A stretch of 64,000 nucleotides of DNA from a virus. Taxonomy: Duplodnaviria > Heunggongvirae > Uroviricota > Caudoviricetes. Below are positions 45,291-54,270 of this stretch, piece after piece. The position numbers and the translations under genes are program-made. The notes beneath the pieces were generated by a model that saw nothing but the letters and a program-made list of their open reading frames with translations, searched no databases and was not told the origin of the DNA. The stretch is taken from the IMG/VR virus record IMGVR_UViG_3300012359_000001, positions 38,417 through 102,416 of that record. One strand, written 5' to 3'. How positions within the stretch are numbered: the stretch's first letter is position 1; each line of letters begins with the position of its first letter.

Positions 45291-45637
45291 TATGCAACCT
45301 CCTGTATTTCTAATGCCGCCATTGCTAACGCCGTGATACATTCATCACTTCCCATCAATGTAATCTGCACTGCGTACCAGGGACCAGCCTCAATCGAGTA
45401 GTACTTGACTTCATCAAGAGTGATATCGGTCAAAGCAGGGAAGCCACGTGAAGAGAGAATGTCAAGGAAATCTCCACGTATCCGATGTTCCGTACACCAG
45501 CACATCCCGGCGCAATCTCGATAGACCACCTCTGGTACATCCATCTCAAATTGCTGCAAGGTGTCTTTATCACACCGCATACACTCGCCTGGACGCTCAA
45601 TCTCTTGTAGTTTTCTCCGTATTTCAGTGATGTTCAT
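45290..45637 (-). CDS. Hypothetical protein
   Basis: 115-aa ORF. Confidence 0.3.
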   Translation of the reverse strand: MNITEIRRKLQEIERPGECMRCDKDTLQQFEMDVPEVVYRDCAGMCWCTEHRIRGDFLDILSSRGFPALTDITLDEVKYYSIEAGPWYAVQITLMGSDECITALAMAALEIQEVA

Positions 45638-45647
45638 GGTTGACCTC

Positions 45648-46973
45648 TCAAACCGTTAAGGGATAACACATTGTCTCATCCGCTTTGAAGTACAGGGACA
45701 CCGTACCAGTTGGCCCATTGCGATGTTTTGCTATCTGTAATTCCATCACATTCGAGTTTTCAGAAGGTCGGTTTTCTAGCGCGGCATAATAATCATCCCG
45801 GTAAATCGTCAATACCACATCAGCCGTTGCCTCAATATCCCCGCTATCCCGTAAGTCTGAAAGGATCGGGCGTTTGTTGCCGCGTGACTCAACTGAACGT
45901 GAGAGCTGAGAGAGGACTATTACTGGCAGGTTAAATTCTTTCGCAAGGTTTTTTAACTCAAGGACAATACGCCCGACCTCATGCACCCGGTTATCGTTTT
46001 TGTGCTCCTCTGGCTTGATCAAGCCGAGGTAGTCCACCAGCACCAGATCGACCTTCCCTTGCGTCTGGATGAGGCGGCGCAACTGGCTCCGTATTGAGAC
46101 AACCGGATTGCCAGAAGTATCATTGATGTAGAGTGGCAACTGTGCAAGGTTCTTTGCGCAAGCTAGAACTGACGCCCACTGATCGCTCTCAATCCATCCA
46201 CTGCGTAGCCTCTGCATGTCTACCTTGCTTTCCATGCTCATGAGGCGGCGCATCAGTTGCTTGCGTCCCATCTCAAGGCTGAAGACTGCAACGCGTTTTC
46301 CCCGGCATGCCGCATTGTAGGCAATGGACATCCCCAGGCTGGTTTTTCCTGATCCCGGTCTGCCTGCCAGAATGATCAGGTCCGTATCTTGCAACCCGCA
46401 AAGAGGATTATCCAGGTCGTCATAACCCGTTGGCACACCGGTTATTCTCCCTTTGTTGGACTGCAAAAACTCCAACTCCTTCAGGTATTCTGGCATGAGG
46501 TCTGCCGTGGATTGAAATTCTGCATGCGCAGAATACTCTGAAATCCCGTAAAGGATTTCCAGTGACCGTTCAATGGGATCGCCCTCTTGATCGTATCCAG
46601 CTTGAGCGATATCAGCCGCCGCCTGAATGACTTTACGCCCAATTGCGGTCCGTCTGACAATATCTGCATAGACCGTCACATCACGAACCGTCATCACGTT
46701 TTCCATCAAGTCTGCAAGGTACTTCGGACCGTCATCAAGCGTATCCATCACATCTCGACGGTACAACTCATCAGTGACACTAATCAAGTTGGGGCTTATC
46801 CGACGTGTGATAAGTGACCGGTACACCTCGAAGATAGTTCGGTGGGCATCACGATAAAACATGTCAGGGGTGATCGTTTCTGCAATCTTGTCATAACTTC
46901 GTGACTGAAACAGGATGCATCCTAACAATGCCTGCTCCGCTTCAAGGTTATGTGGCAATCGAGGCTCTTTCAT
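45648..46973 (-). CDS. dnaB: Replicative DNA helicase, DnaB family
   Basis: N-terminal LPHNLEAEQALLG. Walker A AGRPGSGKTSLG. Walker B LVLVDYLGL. The SQLSR and KHRNGPTG motifs are present. Confidence 0.85.
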   Translation of the reverse strand: MKEPRLPHNLEAEQALLGCILFQSRSYDKIAETITPDMFYRDAHRTIFEVYRSLITRRISPNLISVTDELYRRDVMDTLDDGPKYLADLMENVMTVRDVTVYADIVRRTAIGRKVIQAAADIAQAGYDQEGDPIERSLEILYGISEYSAHAEFQSTADLMPEYLKELEFLQSNKGRITGVPTGYDDLDNPLCGLQDTDLIILAGRPGSGKTSLGMSIAYNAACRGKRVAVFSLEMGRKQLMRRLMSMESKVDMQRLRSGWIESDQWASVLACAKNLAQLPLYINDTSGNPVVSIRSQLRRLIQTQGKVDLVLVDYLGLIKPEEHKNDNRVHEVGRIVLELKNLAKEFNLPVIVLSQLSRSVESRGNKRPILSDLRDSGDIEATADVVLTIYRDDYYAALENRPSENSNVMELQIAKHRNGPTGTVSLYFKADETMCYPLTV

Positions 46974-48505
46974 TGTGCAGCCACTTTCTTCTCGCAACTC
47001 TCGCGCATCTCGCGCATCTTACGCTGTAAATCGGTTTCAGGTCGGCGTGTTGTTTTGACGGTCGTATTGCCTACTTGGATTTCAACCTGCTGCACCTCTT
47101 TTGGTTTGAGGTCAGCAAGCAGATCCCAGGAGTTAGCAATTGCCTCAAGTTTTACCCGTTTGCCCTGTCGCTTCAATTCAGCGGCTATGAGCAATGCATC
47201 CTTGAGCGTTCCCTTGAGCCTGAAAAGGATAATTTTGACACTCGATACTTCCCACTTGCTGAGTGAGCATGGCCCGTAGATGCTCTGATCCCAATTGTCA
47301 ATAAATTCGAGCACTGGAAGGGTAATACCTTTGACTTCTGGCATTTGATCTTTGATCAACTCAGTGAGCAGGCTAATCCGTTGGCGACGTGCCAACTCTT
47401 CAGGAGAAAGTACAGGGTGTTGCTGCACTGCTGGCTTGACTTGTAGGGGTAACGCTGGCTGGTCATACATCAGCACTTCAACCGCTACCGTACCATTGCG
47501 GGGGAGATCGCTAGGGATCGGTAAGACTTGCTCAGAAAGTGGCTTCATCGTCGCTTTGCCTTGCTTGCTCGGTTGTGCTGATACGGCTTGCTGGCTATAC
47601 GACGATGAAGCACTGGAAGAGACAGGAACGAGAGATGCTTGTGTCGATGCTACATCTTCTGAGGTTGAATGTCCCGCCTCTACTGCCATTATACCGGGAG
47701 TGCAAGTTATGGGAGGTTGCGCGACCGGATATACCGCTTCACGATGCGAACCTGCCTGAAGGGGATTGGCTTGCGCATCCTTTCCAACTTCAACTCCCTG
47801 ATCGCTTTGTGGAGCATTTCCTGTCTCAGCAGAATAACTATCGTGAGGATACCCATTGCTAGCATCCAGGTTATCACCAGATTGATCAGTAGTTGCACCA
47901 TTGCCGTGTGTCTCCTCAAGACTTGAAGATAACTCTGCCTGATTGATTATAGCGTCCTGAGAAAAAAGTGAGGGTGTTTTTGGTTGCGTGTCACTACTGT
48001 TGGTTACTACCACACCCTCTCTCGTAGTGTTTCTTGTTACGTGTGTTTCTTGTATGTTACCTGAGGTAACTACCCCCCTTGCTGAAAAGTAACTACCCCC
48101 CTGGTTACTCTGAGTAACCACCTCGTTACCTGAAGTAACTACCTCAATGGCTTTTTTAAACCGCAATTTGTAAATGGTTGTGTCCTTACTTCCGGTAATC
48201 GCCTCTCGTTTTTCTGAGACAATGCACCCCTTTTTCTCAAGTCCTTTGAGAGAGGCTAAGATGAGGCGATTATGTCCGATACCGCAACCAACGTTGAGCA
48301 CCTTGCCCTCTTTTGTCTTGATGCCCTCTTTGAACTGGCTGAGTGAAATAGCATCAGCATTCTTGCCAAATCCGAAGGTCCGACGAATGATATACATGAG
48401 TACTTTCAGTTCGTTGCCCGTAAGTATTTTGAGGAGGAAGTCAAAAACGTAATCGGGTACGGCTGTCGTTCCTGGTGTGTCAAATCCTTCAAACTGTTCG
48501 CTCAT
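46970..48505 (-). CDS. Replication initiator / replisome organizer with internal iterons
   Basis: N-terminus FDFLLKILTGNELKVLMYIIRRTFGF... is a winged-helix rep-organizer type. The Ser/Thr/Gln-rich middle is encoded by repeats. Confidence 0.5.
   Translation of the reverse strand: MSEQFEGFDTPGTTAVPDYVFDFLLKILTGNELKVLMYIIRRTFGFGKNADAISLSQFKEGIKTKEGKVLNVGCGIGHNRLILASLKGLEKKGCIVSEKREAITGSKDTTIYKLRFKKAIEVVTSGNEVVTQSNQGGSYFSARGVVTSGNIQETHVTRNTTREGVVVTNSSDTQPKTPSLFSQDAIINQAELSSSLEETHGNGATTDQSGDNLDASNGYPHDSYSAETGNAPQSDQGVEVGKDAQANPLQAGSHREAVYPVAQPPITCTPGIMAVEAGHSTSEDVASTQASLVPVSSSASSSYSQQAVSAQPSKQGKATMKPLSEQVLPIPSDLPRNGTVAVEVLMYDQPALPLQVKPAVQQHPVLSPEELARRQRISLLTELIKDQMPEVKGITLPVLEFIDNWDQSIYGPCSLSKWEVSSVKIILFRLKGTLKDALLIAAELKRQGKRVKLEAIANSWDLLADLKPKEVQQVEIQVGNTTVKTTRRPETDLQRKMREMRESCEKKVAAQ
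47995..48145. repeat. Origin-like iterons (RGTAACYACC direct repeats plus inverted GGTTAC copies) inside the initiator gene
   Basis: GGTAACTACC 48065-48074. AGTAACTACC 48089-48098 and 48134-48143. AGTAACCACC 48113-48122. GGTTACT copies at 48003 and 48103. Confidence 0.5.
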
Positions 48506-49374
48506 GCTACACGCCCACTTTCTACTTTTTTCTTTGCCGTTGGAACGATCAAACTTTGCAATGTAGAGGTATCCCACAAACCATCTTGTGAAGTGGGAGC
48601 GAAGCAACCGCAACCGCCCCAATCGTTTTTGTCATAACTGGTATCGCCAGCTTCTAATCTCAATCGGAAATCATGCAGTGAGAGAGGATAGGCAACACCG
48701 TTCACACGCTCTCTGAGGATCGTGACGTTTTTTTCCAGGTACGTCCGTATCTCTTCCTCTTTTGTCTCCCATACTGCGTATCGATCTGGTAGCGTGTAGT
48801 AGAGGTGCGCCCAATGGGCCATGCCAGCCTTGACGCAACCCCCGCCACAATTATTGTGGCTAAACCCCAGTGTGTAGAGCCTGGGAACTGCAATGCCGAT
48901 CTTTTCCAGGTACTCTGCAATATCACACTTTTGTACGTAGGGCTTCTCGCAAAGCGGAAACCAGACCGGTTGCGGTGCCAGAGAAGCCGTGAGACGGTCA
49001 ACACGGTGCATCTCTGTCCAGTCCATACCAAAGACACGAGTGTAGGTTACAGGCGCGTAGCGTTCGTTGAGCACCTTGTCTATCAATTTTCGTTTGAGGA
49101 TTTTACTGCAAGGTGCCGCGCTTTGCATGGTGATACAGCGCTCGTCATGCATCACTTGCCAGGGTGTACGTCCGTCTGCAACGCGTTCTATGGTGATACC
49201 GAAGTAGCGTTCCTGGTCATCAAGGAACCGGTACAGGTCTTCATCTTCAATGAGGGTGTCAGCGAATATGGCGCGTGTGCGTTCTTTGCCGTATCGCTCT
49301 AAGGTTCGTCTCAAGGCTTCAAATGAGGTAAGCCCACCTGAGACATTGACAATGTATATCTGTGTATCAGACAT
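48502..49374 (-). CDS. PAPS reductase-like / PP-loop ATP pyrophosphatase family protein
   Basis: IYIVNVSGGLTSFEALRRTL is PP-loop like. C-terminal Cys cluster DWGGCGCF. Confidence 0.6.
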   Translation of the reverse strand: MSDTQIYIVNVSGGLTSFEALRRTLERYGKERTRAIFADTLIEDEDLYRFLDDQERYFGITIERVADGRTPWQVMHDERCITMQSAAPCSKILKRKLIDKVLNERYAPVTYTRVFGMDWTEMHRVDRLTASLAPQPVWFPLCEKPYVQKCDIAEYLEKIGIAVPRLYTLGFSHNNCGGGCVKAGMAHWAHLYYTLPDRYAVWETKEEEIRTYLEKNVTILRERVNGVAYPLSLHDFRLRLEAGDTSYDKNDWGGCGCFAPTSQDGLWDTSTLQSLIVPTAKKKVESGRVA

Positions 49375-49510
49375 CTAACTGTCCTATCTTGACTAACTAT
49401 CCCATCTACCCTTGACACCTTTTGGCATCTCTGGTACACTGATAGTGCAATACGTTTAAGGGGCAAACCTGAAGCAAATGGAATTATCCTTCAGGTTTGC
49501 CTTTAATCGT

Positions 49511-49738
49511 TTACGCGGGACTCTTCCTCGCTGCCCACTGTTCCAGACGATAGAAATCGTCTGTACTGATTTTGCGGCAGTCGTAGCGTTCCCCATACTC
49601 TGCCAACAACTCTAACTCCGCTTCACGCTTCTCGATCTGAGTTGATTGGAACATCTCAACCTTGCCCGTAAACGGGTCGAGGTACGAGACTGGATATATG
49701 CCTGGACGGAAGATGTAGTACAGTTTCATCTTTTTCAT
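49511..49738 (-). CDS. Hypothetical protein
   Basis: 75-aa ORF. Confidence 0.3.
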   Translation of the reverse strand: MKKMKLYYIFRPGIYPVSYLDPFTGKVEMFQSTQIEKREAELELLAEYGERYDCRKISTDDFYRLEQWAARKSPA

Positions 49739-49962
49739 GCCCCATCTTCTGGATCATAGGCAAACCACCTGATAATCTTGCCTGCATGTACATCCCCTTC
49801 CACCTGGACAGACTTGAGGTAATAACCTGCTTCGCTCACAGGCATGGTTTCTTGCTGGCGCAACTGATCGAACATTGCCATTGCTGCTTGATGGGTGAGG
49901 ATATCACCATTCTGGTTTGTCTCTCCGTAAACCGCAATGATCGTGCAAATTTCTGGCATCAT
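49735..49962 (-). CDS. Hypothetical protein
   Basis: 75-aa ORF. Confidence 0.3.
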   Translation of the reverse strand: MMPEICTIIAVYGETNQNGDILTHQAAMAMFDQLRQQETMPVSEAGYYLKSVQVEGDVHAGKIIRWFAYDPEDGA

Positions 49963-49980
49963 GCATTTCCTCCTTCAAAC

Positions 49981-50157
49981 AAAGTCGACAAGACGGACGC
50001 TACTGGCTTTGATGGCGCTATGCCGGTTACTGGTTGTCCAGTAGACCCATAAACGCTCACCCTCCGGCGTCTCCCAGGACCAACGGACAATCCCGTATTG
50101 TCTTCCGAAGTGTCTGCACTTCTTGACAACCTTATTGTCTCGTTGATACATACTCGC
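49981..50157 (-). CDS. Small Cro-like first gene of the leftward early operon (58 aa, not in the ORF track)
   Basis: Manual translation: MYQRDNKVVKKCRHFGRQYGIVRWSWETPEGERLWVYWTTSNRHSAIKASSVRLVDFV. It sits divergent to the XRE repressor-like gene. Confidence 0.25.
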
Positions 50158-50197
50158 CGCTTGCCTTTCTGTGTTTCCTTTGTCTGTTATGTAAACA

Positions 50198-50260
50198 TTG
50201 ACAAATCTCTGTCTAATCGTGTATGCTATGTTGCATACGATGTAACTACCTGATTATACA
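50198..50260 (+). promoter_or_regulatory. Rightward promoter region with an operator-like palindrome
   Basis: TTGCAT 50231-50236, 17-nt spacer, TTATAC 50254-50259. An upstream TTGACA at 50198-50203. Palindrome GTATGCtatgttGCATAC at 50221-50238. Confidence 0.4.
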
Positions 50261-50302
50261 TCAAACGATATTACCTGTCAAGGAAAGAAGGAAGAAAAAG
50301 CG

Positions 50303-50590
50303 ATGCCGAGAAAAAGTGAGATGCAACTGAGTCCAGTGGGTGTAAAGATCCATGCAGTTCGCGTGCGTAAAGATATTATGCTAACGCAAATAGCGCGTAA
50401 GGCTGATCTACAGTACACTCAGGTGTACCGGATCATGCATGGATTGTCAAACCCATCTTACAGCAGTCTCTTGAGGATATGTAAAGCGCTTCAATGCACG
50501 CCCCATGAAACATCCGAAATATTCTCAGCAACCCCGTTTCGTGCTCCTACTCAAGATGAACTGGAATGTGACCCTGTTATTGCTGCCTGA
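50303..50590 (+). CDS. XRE-family HTH regulator (CI-like repressor candidate)
   Basis: VKIHAVRVRKDIMLTQIARKADLQYTQVYRIMHGLSNPSYSSLLRICKALQCTPHE is an HTH_XRE pattern. Confidence 0.65.
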   Translation: MPRKSEMQLSPVGVKIHAVRVRKDIMLTQIARKADLQYTQVYRIMHGLSNPSYSSLLRICKALQCTPHETSEIFSATPFRAPTQDELECDPVIAA

Positions 50591-50632
50591 GAGGACTAAC
50601 CATCCTCTCCATCCCTCCCCTTAAAATACCTG

Positions 50633-50995
50633 CTATCTTTCTAGTCTACTCGCTTGTTCCAAGTAGGTTTTGAAAGAAGTTCTTTCCCTTTTTTCGGTAC
50701 GTATACGCCCAACAACCGCGTTATATCCGTGAGGCCAGAGGGTGTCGTGATGGAGAATAGCCCGATATTCTTGTTGCCGCATCTCAAAATGTGTTGCGTA
50801 AAACGCGAGTGGCTCTATGCTGAAGTGCTCAATTCCATACTTCAACATATCTTGATAGAGAGGTTTTTGATTGGCGCGGTAAGTTTCTCGACAATGTTGC
50901 AACCATCTCTTAGACAATTGGTGCTCGGTGCTTCCAATGTAGAGCATTCCAGTGGCATGGTTGGTAATTTTATAAACGACGAAGTTTTTTCTCAT
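50633..50995 (-). CDS. GIY-YIG endonuclease (third copy)
   Basis: FVVYKITNHATGMLYIGSTEHQLSKRWLQH. Start set at MRKNF. Confidence 0.6.
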   Translation of the reverse strand: MRKNFVVYKITNHATGMLYIGSTEHQLSKRWLQHCRETYRANQKPLYQDMLKYGIEHFSIEPLAFYATHFEMRQQEYRAILHHDTLWPHGYNAVVGRIRTEKRERTSFKTYLEQASRLER

Positions 50996-51142
50996 AGCAT
51001 CTCCTTCGTCATTTGGATAACGGCGTATTCTTTTTGGCATGTAACTCTCCTCGTATATAAGGTCTTACCTCAACAATAAATATATCCGTTACCGATACAG
51101 TTGTGAGTGGTGTATAGTAGAGAGAGTCAGCACATCTCTGGG

Positions 51143-51183
51143 ATATGCCCATCGTTTACACAACCACTAAACGATGGGCATAT
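51143..51183. repeat. 16-bp perfect inverted repeat hairpin
   Basis: ATATGCCCATCGTTTA, loop cacaaccac, TAAACGATGGGCATAT. A second imperfect outer inverted repeat (CCGTTACCGATACAG / CTGTTATCGGTATAC) nests around it. Confidence 0.85.
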
Positions 51184-51263
51184 TGCTGTTATCGGTATAC
51201 TGAGAGCGCAATAGAAATCGTCGCTTCCAAGAGCGCGCATCTGGGAGTGACATTCTGTTTCAA

Positions 51264-51698
51264 CTACTTGTCCCTGAAGACAAGTAGTTCCAGTTCGTCA
51301 ATGGTGAAGCACACGCCTCCACACGGATCTCCCCATCCATCAGGGCGTACACGCCAGGGGTGCGGGTATCCGGGCTGATAGCTGTACACGTACCCTTCAA
51401 GTCCTCTTAGACCGCTCTCAGGCGCTACAATGCGTACTCTGGCACGTAAATCCCTGCAACGGTCGCACTCATCCTCGCTATCGTGTTTCTCGTATTGCCA
51501 CTGATTGTAGGCTTGTTCCAGTTGCAGCACGCGATGCCCACGCTCTTTGATGGTCAGTTCAATGTGCAAGTCAAGGTCACGCCTGCTGATCGTTCCATCC
51601 GTGACTTCTCCCACGTCTTCCCAGTCGTCAGGGATAGCCTCACCCCAACCTTGCAGAATGTTCACAGCCTCGTCTATGGTTATGTGTTCGTTGTTCAT
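51264..51698 (-). CDS. Hypothetical protein
   Basis: 144-aa ORF. Its 3' end overlaps an 11-bp inverted repeat (AACTACTTGTC/GACAAGTAGTT). Confidence 0.35.
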   Translation of the reverse strand: MNNEHITIDEAVNILQGWGEAIPDDWEDVGEVTDGTISRRDLDLHIELTIKERGHRVLQLEQAYNQWQYEKHDSEDECDRCRDLRARVRIVAPESGLRGLEGYVYSYQPGYPHPWRVRPDGWGDPCGGVCFTIDELELLVFRDK

Positions 51699-51975
51699 TC
51701 TTTCTCTTTTCTTCTGTATCGATAGATATCTATCATATAGTACCGTTCTACAGTTTACGCACTTCGTGTACGTTAAATACTATTGTGTAAACGCTCCTCG
51801 ATAGGCCAGTATCACCAGAGTAGAGATGACCACTGCACCGATGATAGCGACAATGAGGAGGCAAATAAGTTCTTTTCTGCTCATACTTTCAGTATATTTT
51901 TGCGCATTGCACATTTGAGAATACTGGTTGCTTCTCGTTGAGATAGATATAGTGGAGGTAAAGGAGAAAGTCTGT

Positions 51976-52131
51976 ATGGTGCAGTGGGTTCTTTTGCCAG
52001 TGGTTGCCGGTTTTCTACTTCTTGGTCTCACGGTCCTGATACTCGCGCCGATCTATTTGCCATACGTCAAGCAGGTCGTACGTGCTATCAGGGAGCGAAT
52101 AGTTGAAATGAAAAATATGTGGAGAGAGTAA
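51976..52131 (+). CDS. Small single-pass membrane protein (partner of the SPFH gene)
   Basis: MVQWVLLPVVAGFLLLGLTVLILAPIYLP... GGAGGTAAAGGAG RBS. The next gene starts 1 nt after its stop. Confidence 0.4.
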   Translation: MVQWVLLPVVAGFLLLGLTVLILAPIYLPYVKQVVRAIRERIVEMKNMWRE

Positions 52132-53004
52132 ATGACGAAATATTGTTCGTATGCTGTTGTTGGGTTTGTGCTTCTCGTTGCCTTATCCTGGTTTCTTGTT
52201 GCCAATTTTACCTACAAAGTGGATGCAGGCAAAGTTGGACTGCTCATCAACTACACGCAAAAGGAGAAGAACGGATCGCCTCATGTGACGGTTATCCCTC
52301 AATCATCTTTTATCTGGTATAACTCATGGAACAGCCAAGCGGTCTTTGAATATCCGATCGCACTACAAACGCTTACGCTGGTAGCGAACGCTCAGGAGGG
52401 ACAGCAGCAGGGAGATGACTCAGTAACGTTTGTGACTCAGAACGGGATACCGCTCAAAATAGATGTCACGGTACAATGGCGCGTAACCAACCCGGCACAA
52501 CTCTATTTCCTCATGCCAGGGGTGCCGCTGGACGGGGATTTCAACCATGACGTCTCCACCAAGCTGGTCAGGCAGAGTGTGATCCATGCCCTCAATCAAT
52601 CAGGGTCAGCGTACCAATGGCAAGAGGTGTCAAGCCACGAAGACCTGATTGAGAAAAATATGGCAATGGAGCTGTACCCTCTGCTTGACAAATATGGCAT
52701 TACCGTTGAGCAGATCGCACTCGGTCAACCGCATTACTCTCGACAGCAACAGGCGGCAATTGATAATGTCGCGCGTGCTCAGCAGGAGACACAACAGGCG
52801 CAATTCCTCAAGCAAAAAGCGGAGTATGAAGCACAAGCCAATCAGATAACAGCGCAAAGTCAGGCGCAACAAATACGTGTCATTAACGAGCAATTGGCAA
52901 AAAGTCCAGACTACTTAAAATATCTCCAAGTGAAGGAGTGGGATGGGCATCTTCCTGCAACGCTCGTCAATGGCAATAATCCTGTCTTCACAGCAAGCAA
53001 ATAG
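52132..53004 (+). CDS. SPFH/band-7 (stomatin/prohibitin-like) domain protein
   Basis: N-terminal TM, then KVDAGKVGLLINYT...IPLKIDVTVQWRVTNPAQLY (SPFH core), then a Gln/Ala-rich coiled C-terminus. Confidence 0.7.
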   Translation: MTKYCSYAVVGFVLLVALSWFLVANFTYKVDAGKVGLLINYTQKEKNGSPHVTVIPQSSFIWYNSWNSQAVFEYPIALQTLTLVANAQEGQQQGDDSVTFVTQNGIPLKIDVTVQWRVTNPAQLYFLMPGVPLDGDFNHDVSTKLVRQSVIHALNQSGSAYQWQEVSSHEDLIEKNMAMELYPLLDKYGITVEQIALGQPHYSRQQQAAIDNVARAQQETQQAQFLKQKAEYEAQANQITAQSQAQQIRVINEQLAKSPDYLKYLQVKEWDGHLPATLVNGNNPVFTASK

Positions 53005-53115
53005 TTGAGATTGACAGGCAGAAACGGCATGAGCTAAAATACGGTCTCTCATAATATGAGAGACGATAGCACAAGAAAAGGGGTAACACTACCACACCTC
53101 CCTACTCCACTTGTG

Positions 53116-53391
53116 CTATTTTTGTTGGCTTGATGCCCGTTCGAGTATCTCCCAGGGAGGTGTCAAGTCCTTGTATTTGTACTCCCTGTAGTGAGGCACT
53201 TCTTCCGTTCCCTCTAAGTGCTCGGCGCATACCAGTACTTCTCGGTACCGTTTCTCCTCAATCCCTGTGAGGTTCTTTCCGGTTGCGCCCACGACCATGC
53301 GTCTAAAATGGATAGGCACGATCGAGAGAGGACCGCCAGTTGGCTTGCATAGATTACAGCATCCCATTACTACCTTATTTTTTACTGCCAT
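53116..53391 (-). CDS. Hypothetical Cys-containing protein
   Basis: 91-aa ORF. Confidence 0.3.
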   Translation of the reverse strand: MAVKNKVVMGCCNLCKPTGGPLSIVPIHFRRMVVGATGKNLTGIEEKRYREVLVCAEHLEGTEEVPHYREYKYKDLTPPWEILERASSQQK

Positions 53392-53403
53392 GTCATGCCT
53401 CTC

Positions 53404-53880
53404 TCAACGCGTTATCTCATAGGTCTGCTCGAAGATGGTACGGGCGATAACTCGCATATCTCCATCCTCTCCTTGTTTTCCATTCCAGGTAATCATTCCA
53501 CCGTTTGCGTTCTCGCATGTCCAGGTTTCACCCTTTGAGATGAGTGCAAACGGGAATGAGATGTCAAAACATTGAATAGCCTTTGGGTTGCGCATGAGGT
53601 AGAGGCGATACCCTTCAGCATCCTCCTCACTTATTGGGTAACGATCTCGCTCAAGTGATTGCTGTGAGGTTGTCCAGCGTTCACCGTCCGGACCTATACA
53701 GATACATCGCTCGGTAGTGAGATCGTGTCTGCGTCCCTCAAGATCGTAGAAGAAAGGTTCATATGCAATATCTTCTTCAGTGACTTGTTTTATTTTCGTG
53801 GGTACCGACTTGATATAGGGGAGCGAAGTGTACGCACGTAGAACTTGCTCGATACTCAGGACAGTTATTTGATCTATCAT
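53404..53880 (-). CDS. Hypothetical protein
   Basis: 158-aa ORF. Confidence 0.35.
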   Translation of the reverse strand: MIDQITVLSIEQVLRAYTSLPYIKSVPTKIKQVTEEDIAYEPFFYDLEGRRHDLTTERCICIGPDGERWTTSQQSLERDRYPISEEDAEGYRLYLMRNPKAIQCFDISFPFALISKGETWTCENANGGMITWNGKQGEDGDMRVIARTIFEQTYEITR

Positions 53881-53895
53881 CAGGTGTTTCCCTTG

Positions 53896-54270
53896 TCATA
53901 CCACGTATAACGGTATCTCATATATGGCTTCAAAAAGTTTTTTAGTACGCACGAAGTCCTTTGTAATGTATCCTTTGGCATCCTCAATTCGTACTTCACC
54001 TGTCGCCACGACCTTGTACCGGAAGTCAGCCGTGTAGACTCCAATCTTGTGACCGTTGACGACCAGAGGAAACTTTGGTTGTAGTTCCAGGTCGGTGATT
54101 TCACCAGCAACAAGCAGCAGTTTCAACTCACAGTACCGACGCCCTTCAAGCTGGCTAGGGAAACGATGATTGTCAATCGTGACTGGCTTGCTGTTGTATT
54201 TCATAATTTCAGCATATTCCTCTTGCGCAAATGGCAAGAAAGTGACCTCCCATAGTTGGGAGGTCTTCAA
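53896..54270 (-). CDS. DUF1064-like phage protein
   Basis: RRYCELKLLLVAGEITDLELQPKFPLVVNGHKIGVYTADFRY resembles the DUF1064 pattern. Confidence 0.45.
   Translation of the reverse strand: MKTSQLWEVTFLPFAQEEYAEIMKYNSKPVTIDNHRFPSQLEGRRYCELKLLLVAGEITDLELQPKFPLVVNGHKIGVYTADFRYKVVATGEVRIEDAKGYITKDFVRTKKLFEAIYEIPLYVV

Noticed and set aside
46950-47862. Plus-strand ORFs (63-135 aa) opposite the initiator gene
   Set aside because: Antisense to the iteron-containing initiator. Their composition is driven by the repeats.
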